The notes under the pieces: model-generated
Databases searched by the model: none
Told to the model about the DNA's origin: nothing
The model's input: the letters and a program-made list of their open reading frames with translations, nothing else
Made by a program: the position numbers and the translations under genes
Assembly: GCA_044869275.1 (NCBI GenBank)
Contig: JBIOXB010000168.1
Span: 1-64,000, forward strand
Direction of reading: 5' to 3'
Source of the DNA: a bacterium
GTDB taxonomy: Bacteria > Zhuqueibacterota > Zhuqueibacteria > Zhuqueibacterales > Zhuqueibacteraceae
Length of the DNA: 64,000 bases
Shown: in pieces, positions 19,583 to 29,998 of the stretch
Position numbering within the stretch: position 1 is the first letter of the stretch
Layout of the letters: each line of letters opens with the position of its first letter

Positions 19583-20764
19583 TCAGCGGTAATCAATCTT
19601 GATTTCCTTCGGCGGCTCTTGTGCGGCGCGAACCTCAATGGGCACACGGCCGAGCAAGCGGCCTCTTTCGGTCTTCACTTCCACGCGCCAATCCCCGGGC
19701 ACGGCGTGGAGCTTGCGTGTGAAGCCGCGCCAGCCGCCGTCGCGGCCGCCACGCATGGCATATCCGACCCTATCCGTCGTCACCCAATCGCCCTTCGCAT
19801 CTCTCGCTTGCCAATGATGCACGATGCGCTCGTCCAGCGCCGTGGGCGCGAATACGGCGGCGAAGCAGAAAACTGTGTCGCCGGCGGTATACTCGAACGT
19901 GCTGTCGTCTTTCTTAAAGACCTGCCACCATTCGGGTTTGGTGTAGCGCACTTCGTAACGGTTTTCAATGCGCTTCACGCTGCGATAAATGCCGCTGTCT
20001 TTCAAGGCCAGCGGCACGGGTGGAATCCAATTGAGAAAATAGAGCAGCACCATGGCGGTAAAGATCGCCAGCGGCGGCCAGCCGAAGCGCTTCAGCAGCT
20101 CGAGATCCGCGAGCAAGCCCTGGCCATAGATCGCCGCCAGCACAGCGGCGGTCAAAGCCAGGGCGATGATTCCGCTGGCGATGAACATGAACACGTTCAG
20201 GAGATGGGTGAACGTCGGCAGAAAGAAAGTGAAGAAGGCGAAGCTGCAAAAGAAATAAATGGCGATTTGCCGGCGCAGCGTCTGCAAGCGACGCGAAAAG
20301 AATTCGTTCGCCAGCATAAGGGCGGCCAGCAAGCCCACGAAAAGATAAGATTTCGCCACCCCTGCACTTTTGAAATAATAGACGACGTAACTGGAGAGCA
20401 GGCTGCCGAACAAAAAGTTGACGCCAAAGACGACCCACTCGAGATGTTTCACGAAGAAAGCGGGCTGCCAGCGTCCCTGTTCGACCCGCGCCCAGATCAC
20501 CAGCAGCACGCCGGACAAAATCGTATAGGCGAAAAGTATGGCATTGTCGAGCACCAAGTCGATGCGCGTGAGCGTGAGCGAGTCATACAGAAATCCGGCA
20601 ATGAAGGCGAGCAGCGGGAGGTGTTTCGCATAACGCCGGTAGGTTTGCTCGGCTTTATCTTTGACGACCTTGCCTTGCTGGACTTTGGCCTGGTAGAACG
20701 CTTCAGTTTTACGTTTGTATTCGCCCAAACGCACCCGGGCTCCGGGCCTTGGCTTTTGCAGCAT
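19583..20764 (-). CDS. DUF2914 domain-containing membrane protein
   Basis: GFLYDSLTLTRID, NWIPPVPLAL, GGRDGGWRGF, GDWRVEV. Confidence 0.8.
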   Translation of the reverse strand: MLQKPRPGARVRLGEYKRKTEAFYQAKVQQGKVVKDKAEQTYRRYAKHLPLLAFIAGFLYDSLTLTRIDLVLDNAILFAYTILSGVLLVIWARVEQGRWQPAFFVKHLEWVVFGVNFLFGSLLSSYVVYYFKSAGVAKSYLFVGLLAALMLANEFFSRRLQTLRRQIAIYFFCSFAFFTFFLPTFTHLLNVFMFIASGIIALALTAAVLAAIYGQGLLADLELLKRFGWPPLAIFTAMVLLYFLNWIPPVPLALKDSGIYRSVKRIENRYEVRYTKPEWWQVFKKDDSTFEYTAGDTVFCFAAVFAPTALDERIVHHWQARDAKGDWVTTDRVGYAMRGGRDGGWRGFTRKLHAVPGDWRVEVKTERGRLLGRVPIEVRAAQEPPKEIKIDYR

Positions 20765-20961
20765 TTTTTCCTCTCCGGTTTATTTGAAGCAGGTCACCGC
20801 GTGCATCACCATAAATGAATAATCTGACAATGTCAAGCTGCGCAGGAGCAGGTGGCGAGGCGAAAAAGCCCTTGCGTATCTGCGACCGTGGCTATAAATT
20901 GATTGAATGAATCAGCTTTAGCGGTCCTTAATCGGCGGTTTCATGTTTCGGGAGGTTCATC

Positions 20962-21453
20962 ATGCCCTCGTTCGATATCGTCAGTGAAGTCGATTTGCAG
21001 GAAGTCGACAACGCGATTAACAACACCAAGAAAGAGCTGGCGACGCGCTATGATTTTCGCGGCTCTAAAACCACGCTCGAATTCGACAAGAAAGAAAGCA
21101 AGGTCTCTTTGCACACGGAAGATGAAATGAAAGTGCGCGCGCTGCAGGAAATGCTCTCGGTGAATTTGTCCAAGCGCAAAATCGATCCGCGCGCGGTGGA
21201 GTTCGGCAAGGCCGAGCCGGGGCAGGGGCAGAGCGTGAAGGTCGAAATTAAGATCAAGCAGGGTCTGGATCGCGACGCGGCGCGCGACATTGTGAAATTG
21301 ATCAAAGAGTCCAAGCTCAAAGTACAGGCCGCGATTCAAGACGAGCAGGTGCGCGTGACCGGCAAAAAAATCGACGATTTGCAGGACGTGATCAAAATGC
21401 TGCGCGAAGGCGCGATCAAAGTGCCACTGCAATTTGTGAACATGAAGAGCTGA
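20962..21453 (+). CDS. yajQ: YajQ family nucleotide/c-di-GMP-binding protein
   Basis: MPSFDIVSEVD..RYDFRG..RVTGKKIDDLQ..PLQFVN. Confidence 0.95.
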   Translation: MPSFDIVSEVDLQEVDNAINNTKKELATRYDFRGSKTTLEFDKKESKVSLHTEDEMKVRALQEMLSVNLSKRKIDPRAVEFGKAEPGQGQSVKVEIKIKQGLDRDAARDIVKLIKESKLKVQAAIQDEQVRVTGKKIDDLQDVIKMLREGAIKVPLQFVNMKS

Positions 21454-21487
21454 AGGCCCGGCAGGCTCGGGTGCCGGCGCGATCGCC

Positions 21488-21997
21488 TCAACCCTGCCGC
21501 ACTTTGAGCGTGTGATAACGGCTCTGAAAATATAACAAAGGGGATCCGCCCTCGCCCTTCCCCAGCGCCAGAACATGGCCGACAAAAATGGTATGATCCC
21601 CACCGTCATGCACGGCGGCGAGCTCGCAATCCAGCCATGCCAGGGACCCTACGAGAATCGGCGCGCCGGTGACGGCGGCGCCATAGACCACACCTTCATA
21701 GCGTTGTTGGGCAGTCAAATCGTTGTTTGAAAATCTCTCGGCCAGCTCTTGCTGTTCGGCTTTCAGAATATTGACGGCGAAGTCCCCGCCCGCAGCGATC
21801 AAGTCGTGGCTGAAGGCGTGCTTGTCAATGCAAACCAGCACCCGCATCGGCTGCAATGACACCGAACAAAAGGCATTCGCGGTCAAGCCATGAATGGTCG
21901 CGCCACGGCGCGTGGTCACAATCGTGACTCCCGTGGCGAAGGCCCCCAGCACCTGGCGAAAAGAAGAGACAGACAAGGGCAAAGAATTCGCTTGCAT
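21488..21997 (-). CDS. flavin reductase family protein
   Basis: FRQVLGAFATGVTIVT, SVSL.P, GDHTIFVG, PLLY. Confidence 0.92.
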   Translation of the reverse strand: MQANSLPLSVSSFRQVLGAFATGVTIVTTRRGATIHGLTANAFCSVSLQPMRVLVCIDKHAFSHDLIAAGGDFAVNILKAEQQELAERFSNNDLTAQQRYEGVVYGAAVTGAPILVGSLAWLDCELAAVHDGGDHTIFVGHVLALGKGEGGSPLLYFQSRYHTLKVRQG

Positions 21998-22181
21998 CTT
22001 TATGGGGTGGATTGACGTAATGTTGGTTGCCAGACCCGCGGTGATTTGAGCAAATATACTGTGACGCTCAGCGAAAAGCAAGTTTGTCGCCAAAAAGCTT
22101 GACAATCAAATCGAGGTTGCATTAATTGTTTGGGTTACGAAAACTCTATGCCCCTGGCAGAATCCATGAACGGGAGGTGCT

Positions 22182-22676
22182 ATGGCGAACGACCGTCAAA
22201 ATATCGTGTTAGGCAGCATCTTCGTGTTGGTGGGCTTGATGTTTCTGGCTGTCGATTTGTTCGCATTCGATTGGGCGCAACTGTGGCCGCTGTTCATGCT
22301 GGTAGCTGGCGTGGGTTTTTGGGTCGGATATTTTGCCAATCGCCGCAATTATGGCCTGCTCATGCCGGGCACGCTCATGCTGCTTTACGGCAGCTTGTTT
22401 TTATATTGCGCGCTGACGGATTGGGATCAAATGGAATTGCTGTGGCCGACGTTCGTGCTCGGGCCGGGCCTCGGCTTGTTGATGATGTACCTCGGCGGCC
22501 GGCGCGAAAACGGGTTGTTGGTTCCAGCTTCCATATTGATTGGATTGGCAGCGCTTTTTTTTGTGGTGTTCGGCCCGTTTCATGAGTATGCGCGCTACTG
22601 GCCCGTGCTCTTGATTCTCGCCGGCTTGGCCATGCTGCTGCGCCGCCGCGAAGAAGTCCCGCATTCCTCAAAATAG
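22182..22676 (+). CDS. LiaI/LiaF-like membrane protein
   Basis: Repeated LWP/YWP TM motifs; GGGAGG RBS. Confidence 0.65.
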   Translation: MANDRQNIVLGSIFVLVGLMFLAVDLFAFDWAQLWPLFMLVAGVGFWVGYFANRRNYGLLMPGTLMLLYGSLFLYCALTDWDQMELLWPTFVLGPGLGLLMMYLGGRRENGLLVPASILIGLAALFFVVFGPFHEYARYWPVLLILAGLAMLLRRREEVPHSSK

Positions 22677-22774
22677 AATTCGTGACGGTCAACTGATCCC
22701 TGATCACGGCATACTGGCCACGAGCCGCTCTCAACGAACGATTTCCTGGCATTAGCGATCCGAGCTTTCTGTCC

Positions 22775-24199
22775 ATGAATTTGCCCCGACCGCGGCCGCG
22801 CATTCGCACGCAGCTCATCCTCTTCATGTTGTTGCAAGTGGGGGCCATTTTTGCACTGGCCGGTTTTTATTTGCAATGGCAAATGCGCCGTCAAATCGAG
22901 CAGGAAATGGCCACCCGCTTGATCGCATTGGCGCAGTCCGCGGCGCGCATCACGGAAAACGCCGTGGGTGCCGAGGCCGTGATAAGCTTGCTGCCGGGCG
23001 ACGAGCAATCGCGCACCACCAAAGCGCTGCAAACCTGGCTCGCGCCTCTGTTGGAAGCGGGCCGCCTCTCGCGCTTGGTTATTTTCGACGGTGAGCACAG
23101 AGTTTTTTTCGACAGCCAGCAGTCACAGCCCGTGGGCAGTGAATACGTCCGGCTGCGCTTCGATGAAAAGGAAATCGCCGGCGCATGGGCCGGGCAGGCG
23201 ACGGCCGCACAGTTGTTTTTTGACCTCGCCGAACAACCTTTCAAAGCGGTCTATGCTCCTATCCTGGGGAACCATCGTACCGCCGCGATCATTGGCATCG
23301 AGGCCCGCGCCGCGGGCCTGCAGGCTGTGAAAGAAACGCAACGCGTTTTCTTGAGCCTGGCCGGCATAGGTTTGCTGGCTGCGGCCGTGAGCGGCATCAT
23401 CTTTGCTCGGCAAATCACCCAACCTTTGGAAAGATTGCGCCAAGCTGCGGCGGCGATCGGGCGTGGCGACAGCCGCGTCCACCTGAATTTCAAAGCCACG
23501 GAAGAGATTTCTTTTTTGGCACACACGATGGAGCACATGCGCGAGGCCATCGCGCAGCGCGAACAGAATTTGCGCTTGATGCTGGCCGGCGTCGCGCACG
23601 AAATCCGCAATCCCTTGGGCGGCATCGAGTTGTATGCGGGATTGCTGGAAAAGGACGCACCCCAAAATCTCCAGCCACAAATCAGGAAGATTCGCACGGA
23701 AGTGCAGCGGCTGGAACACATTGTGCGCGACTTTTTGGAATACGCGCGACCGCATGCCAGCCGGCCCGAGACGTTTGCCTTGCCTGCTCTGATGGAAGAG
23801 TTGCGCCTGCACGCAGAATCTCTGCATCACACCGTGCAATGGTCGCTGCAAATCCCTGCCGGGCTTGCGGTACAGGCCGATCGCGAGCAAATGCGCCGCA
23901 TTTTTTTGAATTTGATTCGCAATGCCATTGAAGCCATGAACGGCGCTGGAGAGCTTCAAATCGCGGCGCAGGTTGAGGGCCGGCACGCCGTGATTTCAAT
24001 CATTGACAACGGGCCGGGAGTGCCTGCGGAACTCTCCGAAAAGATTTTTGAGCCGTTTTTTACCACGCGCGCGCAAGGCAGCGGCCTGGGCCTGGCGCTG
24101 GTGCGGCAGTTGGCGGAACAGAATAAAGGAAGGATTGCATTGCAGCCGCCCAACGAAGCGAGAGGAGCACACTTTCGTTTGACTTTGCCCTTGGCGTGA
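22775..24199 (+). CDS. HAMP-domain sensor histidine kinase
   Basis: Two TM helices, HAMP, AHEIRNPL H-box, NLIRNA, DNGPG, FEPFFTT, GSGLGL. Confidence 0.95.
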   Translation: MNLPRPRPRIRTQLILFMLLQVGAIFALAGFYLQWQMRRQIEQEMATRLIALAQSAARITENAVGAEAVISLLPGDEQSRTTKALQTWLAPLLEAGRLSRLVIFDGEHRVFFDSQQSQPVGSEYVRLRFDEKEIAGAWAGQATAAQLFFDLAEQPFKAVYAPILGNHRTAAIIGIEARAAGLQAVKETQRVFLSLAGIGLLAAAVSGIIFARQITQPLERLRQAAAAIGRGDSRVHLNFKATEEISFLAHTMEHMREAIAQREQNLRLMLAGVAHEIRNPLGGIELYAGLLEKDAPQNLQPQIRKIRTEVQRLEHIVRDFLEYARPHASRPETFALPALMEELRLHAESLHHTVQWSLQIPAGLAVQADREQMRRIFLNLIRNAIEAMNGAGELQIAAQVEGRHAVISIIDNGPGVPAELSEKIFEPFFTTRAQGSGLGLALVRQLAEQNKGRIALQPPNEARGAHFRLTLPLA

Positions 24200-24289
24200 T
24201 AGCAGCTCATATGAGAATTTGAACGAGGGCGTTGCGCTTCGTCGCCCCGCCTCCGAGATTCGAAACTCGAAATCCGAAATGATCAATCC

Positions 24290-25690
24290 ATGCCGCACGC
24301 TCAGCTTCCTCCCACCGTTTTTATTATTGAAGACAACGCCGCCATGCGCGACGGCATGGCGCAAGTCGTGCAGCGCATGAATCTGCCCACATTTGCTTTT
24401 GACCGTGCGGAAACGGCGCTGGAGAGACTCGAAAAAGACCTGCCGGAGATCGTGCTGACGGATTATCGCCTGCCGGGCATGGACGGTCTGGCTTTCCTGC
24501 AAACCGCCAAACAGCGACTGCCAGGCGCGGCGGTGATTTTCATGACGGCCTACGGCTCGATTGAGTTGGCGGTGCAAGCCATGCAAAACGGCGCAGCGGA
24601 TTTTATCACCAAACCTTTTTCCATGGACGAGCTGACCGTCAAGCTGCAAAAAATCCTGGAACAGCTCGAGCAGCGCCGGGAACTGCAAAAACTGCAGGAA
24701 CAGAATCTCTACTTGCGCGAACAGGTCGAAAGCCAGTTCAATTTCGGCGAGATTATCGGCCAGGCGCCCACGATGCAGGAGGTTTTTCGCCTGCTGCAAA
24801 AAGTCGCGCCCACGGATTCCAGTGTGATTATTTACGGCGAAAGCGGCACGGGCAAGGAGCTGGTCGCGCGCGCAATTCACAAAAACAGCCGGCGTAGCGA
24901 CGGCGCATTTATTCGCGTGCACTGCGGCGCGCTGGCGGAAACGCTGCTCGAGTCTGAGCTCTTCGGCCACGAAAAAGGGGCGTTTACCGGCGCGCTCAAA
25001 CGCAAGCAAGGGCGCTTCGAGCTGGCCCACGGCGGCACGATTTTCCTTGACGAGATCGGAGACATTTCTCCCGCCATGCAGGTGCGCTTGTTGCGCGTGT
25101 TGCAGGAAAGAGAATTCGAACGCGTGGGCGGTGAAGAGACCGTGCGCGTCGATGCGCGCGTGATCGCCGCCACGCACCGCGACCTCAAAAGCGAAGTCGA
25201 AGCCGGGCGCTTTCGCGAGGATTTATACTACCGCCTGCACATTCTGCCGATTCATTTGCCGCCCCTGCGCCAGCGCAGCAGCGATGTGAGCCTGTTGATT
25301 CAGTATTTCCTCGCCAAGATGATGCAAGAATTGGGCAAGCCCGAGCTGCGCCTGGACGATGAAGCCCTGCACCTCATGCAGCAATATCACTGGCCCGGCA
25401 ATGTGCGCGAGCTGGAGAACCTCATTGAACGCGCGGCGGTGCTGTGCGAGCAAGGTGTGATCACCGCGAATGATTTGCCGCCGCTGGCCAAGGACCGCGC
25501 CGCGATTTTTGCGCTGCCGCCGGACAACTGGGATTTGAACAAGACTTTGGAAGAAGTCGAAGGAGCGTTGATCGAACGTGCCATGAAAAAGGCACACGGG
25601 GTTAAAGCCGAAGCCGCGAGATTGCTGGGGATCAAAACCACGACGCTGCTATATAAACTGTCGAAGTATGAGGGGGAGGGGGAAGAATGA
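24290..25690 (+). CDS. sigma54-dependent NtrC/AtoC-family response regulator
   Basis: Receiver domain, GESGTGKE, GAFTGA, FLDEIG, WPGNVRELEN, Fis-type HTH. Confidence 0.96.
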   Translation: MPHAQLPPTVFIIEDNAAMRDGMAQVVQRMNLPTFAFDRAETALERLEKDLPEIVLTDYRLPGMDGLAFLQTAKQRLPGAAVIFMTAYGSIELAVQAMQNGAADFITKPFSMDELTVKLQKILEQLEQRRELQKLQEQNLYLREQVESQFNFGEIIGQAPTMQEVFRLLQKVAPTDSSVIIYGESGTGKELVARAIHKNSRRSDGAFIRVHCGALAETLLESELFGHEKGAFTGALKRKQGRFELAHGGTIFLDEIGDISPAMQVRLLRVLQEREFERVGGEETVRVDARVIAATHRDLKSEVEAGRFREDLYYRLHILPIHLPPLRQRSSDVSLLIQYFLAKMMQELGKPELRLDDEALHLMQQYHWPGNVRELENLIERAAVLCEQGVITANDLPPLAKDRAAIFALPPDNWDLNKTLEEVEGALIERAMKKAHGVKAEAARLLGIKTTTLLYKLSKYEGEGEE

Positions 25691-25754
25691 AGGTTGAAGA
25701 TGGAGGATCGCAAAAGAGGACATCAAGGGGGGAACATTTCTATCCGCGATTTTC

Positions 25755-27080
25755 TTACCGCCGCGCGACCTGGCCCAGCTTGTGCTGTAAGCGCTCGGTC
25801 AAGTGTTGCACCATCACCAACACATTCTCGCCTTGGGCCTTCTCGGCGGCGATGAGATCGCCGGTTTTCACCTCGAACAACTGCACATCGATGCGCAATA
25901 GACCCTGCTGGCGGGCAAACGCGCCACACATCACGTAATCGGCATGGACTTTTTGCGCGAGGGCTTGCGCGGTTTCAGGTGAAATGGATTCCGCCTTGGT
26001 CTGGCCCAATGCCACGAGCGTCTCGTTCAGCCGCATGCGGCCCAGCAGGCGATACGAGGTATTCTGCTGCAAATCGGTGATGATCATGTCCGCCAAGCCA
26101 ATGCGCAGCCAGGAATCGCGGTCGTCTTGTGTGCGATTTTCAAAATAGGTCACGGCAATCGTCGGTGGAGTGGTCGCGTTTTGCGCTTTGCCGTAACCCA
26201 CGAAACCTGCCTGCGTGGCTTGCGTATATGAAGCATGACTTAGCCACGACCACGCTTTCTCCGAGATTCCCTTCCAAGAGAATAATGCCATGAGCGCGAG
26301 CGCGAGAGAAACGGCGGGCACCATGCGGCGCGCGCGCAAACGCGGCGCGCGTGGCGATTTCTTTCCGGAGGCAGAAACCGGCACCTCGGGCACGAGCATC
26401 CGGCGCGGCGCATCTTCGTTCGACGATGCAACAGTTGTTGCCGCAACCGCAGAAACCGCTGCGGTATTCTCCGCCGAATTCTTGTTCGAAATCTCAATGG
26501 CGGCCTGGCCCGGCTCTTTCAAGCAAACTTTATAGACGTCGATCTTCTGGCGAATGTTTTTCAAATCCTGTGGCCCCAGATTGACGGCCACAATCGCGAG
26601 CTTGCTCTTCACGCGTTCATACACTTCTTTGGTGATGCAAATGCCGCCCGCCTCCGCCAGCGTTTGCACGCGCGCCGCGATATTCACCTCGTCACCGAAC
26701 AAGTCGCCATCCACGATCATCACCTCGCCCAGGCTCACGCCAATGCGGATGAAAATCTGGTCGCTCTCGGGCTTGCCTTCGTTGTAGCGCTGGAAACGCT
26801 GTTGCGCCTCCACCGCGCATTGCACCGCCACCACCGCACTGTCGAAATCGATCAAATAACCGTCGCCCGTGCTCTTGACGATGTGACCGTTGTGCTTGCG
26901 CATCAAAAAGCGGGTGATGCGGTTGTGGTCGCGCAGCAGCTTCAGCGTCAAGTGTTCGCTTTCGCCCATGCGCCGGCTGAACCCTTTGATGTCCGTGAAC
27001 ATCACCGCGGAGAGCTTGCAGATATTCTTTTTCGACATCGCTGCCTGATGAAAAACCGGGGTGGCGTGATTCGCGTCCAT
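25755..27080 (-). CDS. class III adenylate cyclase with TM helix and C-terminal TolB-N/FlgO-like domain
   Basis: FTDIKGFS, KSTGDG, DLFGDEVNIAARVQ; IAVTYFEN..WL..GLADM. Confidence 0.85.
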   Translation of the reverse strand: MDANHATPVFHQAAMSKKNICKLSAVMFTDIKGFSRRMGESEHLTLKLLRDHNRITRFLMRKHNGHIVKSTGDGYLIDFDSAVVAVQCAVEAQQRFQRYNEGKPESDQIFIRIGVSLGEVMIVDGDLFGDEVNIAARVQTLAEAGGICITKEVYERVKSKLAIVAVNLGPQDLKNIRQKIDVYKVCLKEPGQAAIEISNKNSAENTAAVSAVAATTVASSNEDAPRRMLVPEVPVSASGKKSPRAPRLRARRMVPAVSLALALMALFSWKGISEKAWSWLSHASYTQATQAGFVGYGKAQNATTPPTIAVTYFENRTQDDRDSWLRIGLADMIITDLQQNTSYRLLGRMRLNETLVALGQTKAESISPETAQALAQKVHADYVMCGAFARQQGLLRIDVQLFEVKTGDLIAAEKAQGENVLVMVQHLTERLQHKLGQVARR

Positions 27081-27219
27081 GAAAATCTGCTCCAAGTGTA
27101 GCGTGCTGATTGTTGCTCTATGCCGGGATCGTATAAAAAACGGAGGACCTTTCGATGTCTGTCCTAAACACGATGTTGGCCGGCGAAGGCCTCCGTTGTT
27201 CATTCCCACTGACAACTTA

Positions 27220-27235
27220 GCAAGCCATATGCCAG
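27220..27235 (-). promoter_or_regulatory. sigma54 -24/-12 promoter for the adenylate cyclase gene
   Basis: Minus strand CTGGCATATGGCTTGC, followed upstream by an AT-rich tract. Confidence 0.7.
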
Positions 27236-27588
27236 GAATAATTTTATTGAAAATAAAAGAGTTATAGAATATAATAGGGTTGCTTGAGTACACCAAAATT
27301 GTTTGATCGTGAGACGTCAAAATACGATGAGACATTTTGCAGAAGCAAATGACCGGGTGTGCTTGGGCAGGAGGAGCACATAAAAGCAGAAAGATTTTCA
27401 TCCCAAAATCTCATTGATTGTATTCCATGGATTTCTTAGTGTACTCCCGCCCCGCCGTAACCAACAACAATCTGGGAGCTTGCCATGTTGCGAGAGCTGA
27501 AGCCATGGCTCTGCCTAAATGCAACGAGGAGCCATCGCCTTAGATTTTTTTATCAAATAGCTGTGTGAAGCAACATTAGGGGTGTCCC

Positions 27589-29913
27589 ATGGTAATCGAT
27601 GCAGTTTTCGAGAGATTGGCCCGAGCTTGTCAATCTACTCGAGGCATGGCCGCATTCAAACTCATTTGTGTTGCGCTGGCTCATGACGGCAGCGCGCTAG
27701 TGTTTTGGATCGATGGCCATGATCGCTTTGCCGCGCGATGGCGAATGCGACGAGTCGCGCCTGATGGCCAGCCGTGGGGGGACGAAATCGACCTGCCGCA
27801 CATTCCCGCTTCTCGTTGGTGGGGGGCGGAAGCCAACGCGCCTTACGATTTGTCCAGCGATGGCCGGCAAATCGTCTTGACCTGGGAACAGAATGACGAT
27901 ATTTATTACCAACGCTTCGATTTCAATGGCATGGCCATCAGTCCGCCAGGGCAAGCAAACCAAGACACGTTATTGTCCTCACCATTTGGGGAATGGGATC
28001 CCTGGACCTCCTCGCCCTCCGTTCACATGCGCGATGACGGCGAGTTTATCATTGCCTGGCAGGACCAACGCGAGGCCGAATGGAGGTTTAGTGGCGACAC
28101 ATATATTCCAGCAGGAGACGTTGGCGAGATTTACGCTCGCCGATTTGATCGCCAAGGCGCGCCCATGGGAAACAATTTTCTGGTGAATGCCGATTCCATT
28201 CCCCGCATTCAAACCCAGCCTGCGATTTGCATGAATAATGACGGCACGATTTTTTGCTTCTGGTTGGAAACCGATACTTCTTCGACCTTGTGGTTTCCTA
28301 CTTTTGCGCGCGGCCGAGTGATTGGAAAGAATTTTGCTCACACATTGGCGGGCAGCGGTGATGCCGGCTCATACTTGAAACCGCGTGTAGCAGCCAGCGT
28401 GACGGGCTTTGCGGCGTTCTGGGCTCATGAGACTGCTCTCGCCGTTCAAGCTTTCGATACAGTTGGAATAGCGCTCGGTCCGGCGCGAAGCGTGTCTGGC
28501 GATTACTTTTCCAGCTACGCCAGCGAAGCGACCGGCGCGGGCCAGTACGCGCTGCTCTGGAGCACTTGGCCGGCGAATGATCAAGCCAAGATTCTCGCAC
28601 GCCCTTTTGATGCCGCCACCGGCGCGCTCGGCTACGAGCGCATCTTGGTTGGTGATGGCACGTTAAGTGAATCTTCCGCGGCGAGCGGCCAGGGGATCGC
28701 CGTAACCTATTTGAGCCAGCAATCAAGTGCCGTGGGCATTAGCGTCGCCGATCTAAGTGTACTGCCCCGCCATACAATTCAGCGGCTGAACTCCGATCAC
28801 GGCGGCGCTGCGCACAGCAATCCCGCGAGCGTCAGGCTTGGCAACGGCAACTTTCTTGCAGTGTGGGCGGATTGGCGCAGCGGAGTCGCTGCGGTGTATG
28901 GGCAGATCATCGATGCGAATGGCAATAAGCTGGGAGAAAATGTTCCGATATATGCGCCCGCTCAGCATGGCAACGATCAGAGGCCTTTTGCAGCGGCATT
29001 GCCCGACGGTGGCGCAGTGGTGGCATATCGCAGCCAAATACAAGCTGCCGACCGCACGATCTTTGGCATCGCATTTTGAACAGTTCACGGCTCAAGGTGA
29101 TCAACAAGGACGTGTGTGGCTGATCGGCCAGAACTATGAAACGTACAATGTTTTCCTTTACAGCAAGCACCGGTGCTTCTCCATCAGATGAATTTGGTGC
29201 AAAACTATCAAATTTTTGTAAAAGATCCCGAGCAAGTCATCTTTTTGCACGAAGCCCAGGGCCATGCCAATCCCTTTGATATCGCTTTCGACGTCATTCG
29301 GCTCGGCCCCCTGCACACCGCCGGGTGGTATAATTCCTCTGTGCTGGGAAGGCAAGATACAGTAGAATGGAAAAAACTTTCCTGGAGCGCGGAAGTTCCA
29401 CCGGGCGCTCGCCTGCATGTCTTTTTCCGCGCCGGCAGAATTTCCTCTCCGCTCGACCCCTACGATCCCTCGCGAGAAATCACGAACGGCCAAACCGAGA
29501 ACCTCCCGCTGGGACGGGAGGCGCAATGGCGGGTCGAATTCGAAGGACTACCCGCGGCCTCGCCGATTCTGTATGATCTGATCGGCGAGTTCTCTCCCAA
29601 AACCGGTGTTGTGGCCTCGCCCGAGGCGCCGCCTTTCACGTTCAAGCTGCTTCCCAATTTTCCCAATCCGATACGCGCTCGCACTACGATTGCGTACGAA
29701 CTTCCGGTCATGACCGAGGCCACGATTTATCTTTATAATCTCAATGGGCGGCAGCTCCGTGCCTGGCATTTCGTTCGCCAACCCGCCGGGCGCCATTCCT
29801 TTGTCTGGGACGGTGCGGACGAAAGCGGCGTGCATTTGGCAAACGGCGTTTATTTTCTAAAACTGATCGCTGGAAGCCAGCAAAGACTGCGCAAGATTGT
29901 CGTGGTACGTTGA
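27589..29913 (+). pseudogene. disrupted secreted repeat (beta-propeller-like) protein with type IX-like C-terminal sorting domain
   Basis: Repeated Y.QRFD..G...G motifs; stop at 29077-29079 with continuation in the +1 frame; CTD LLPNFPNP..YNLNGR..WDG.D..G..GVYF. Confidence 0.6.
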
Positions 29914-29998
29914 CGCGATAAGACTTCATTTGAATCCTCGTTCAACTTTCGTATCTTCATGCCATCCCTCATCTCTCAAATCATTTCGAGTCAAGTTC

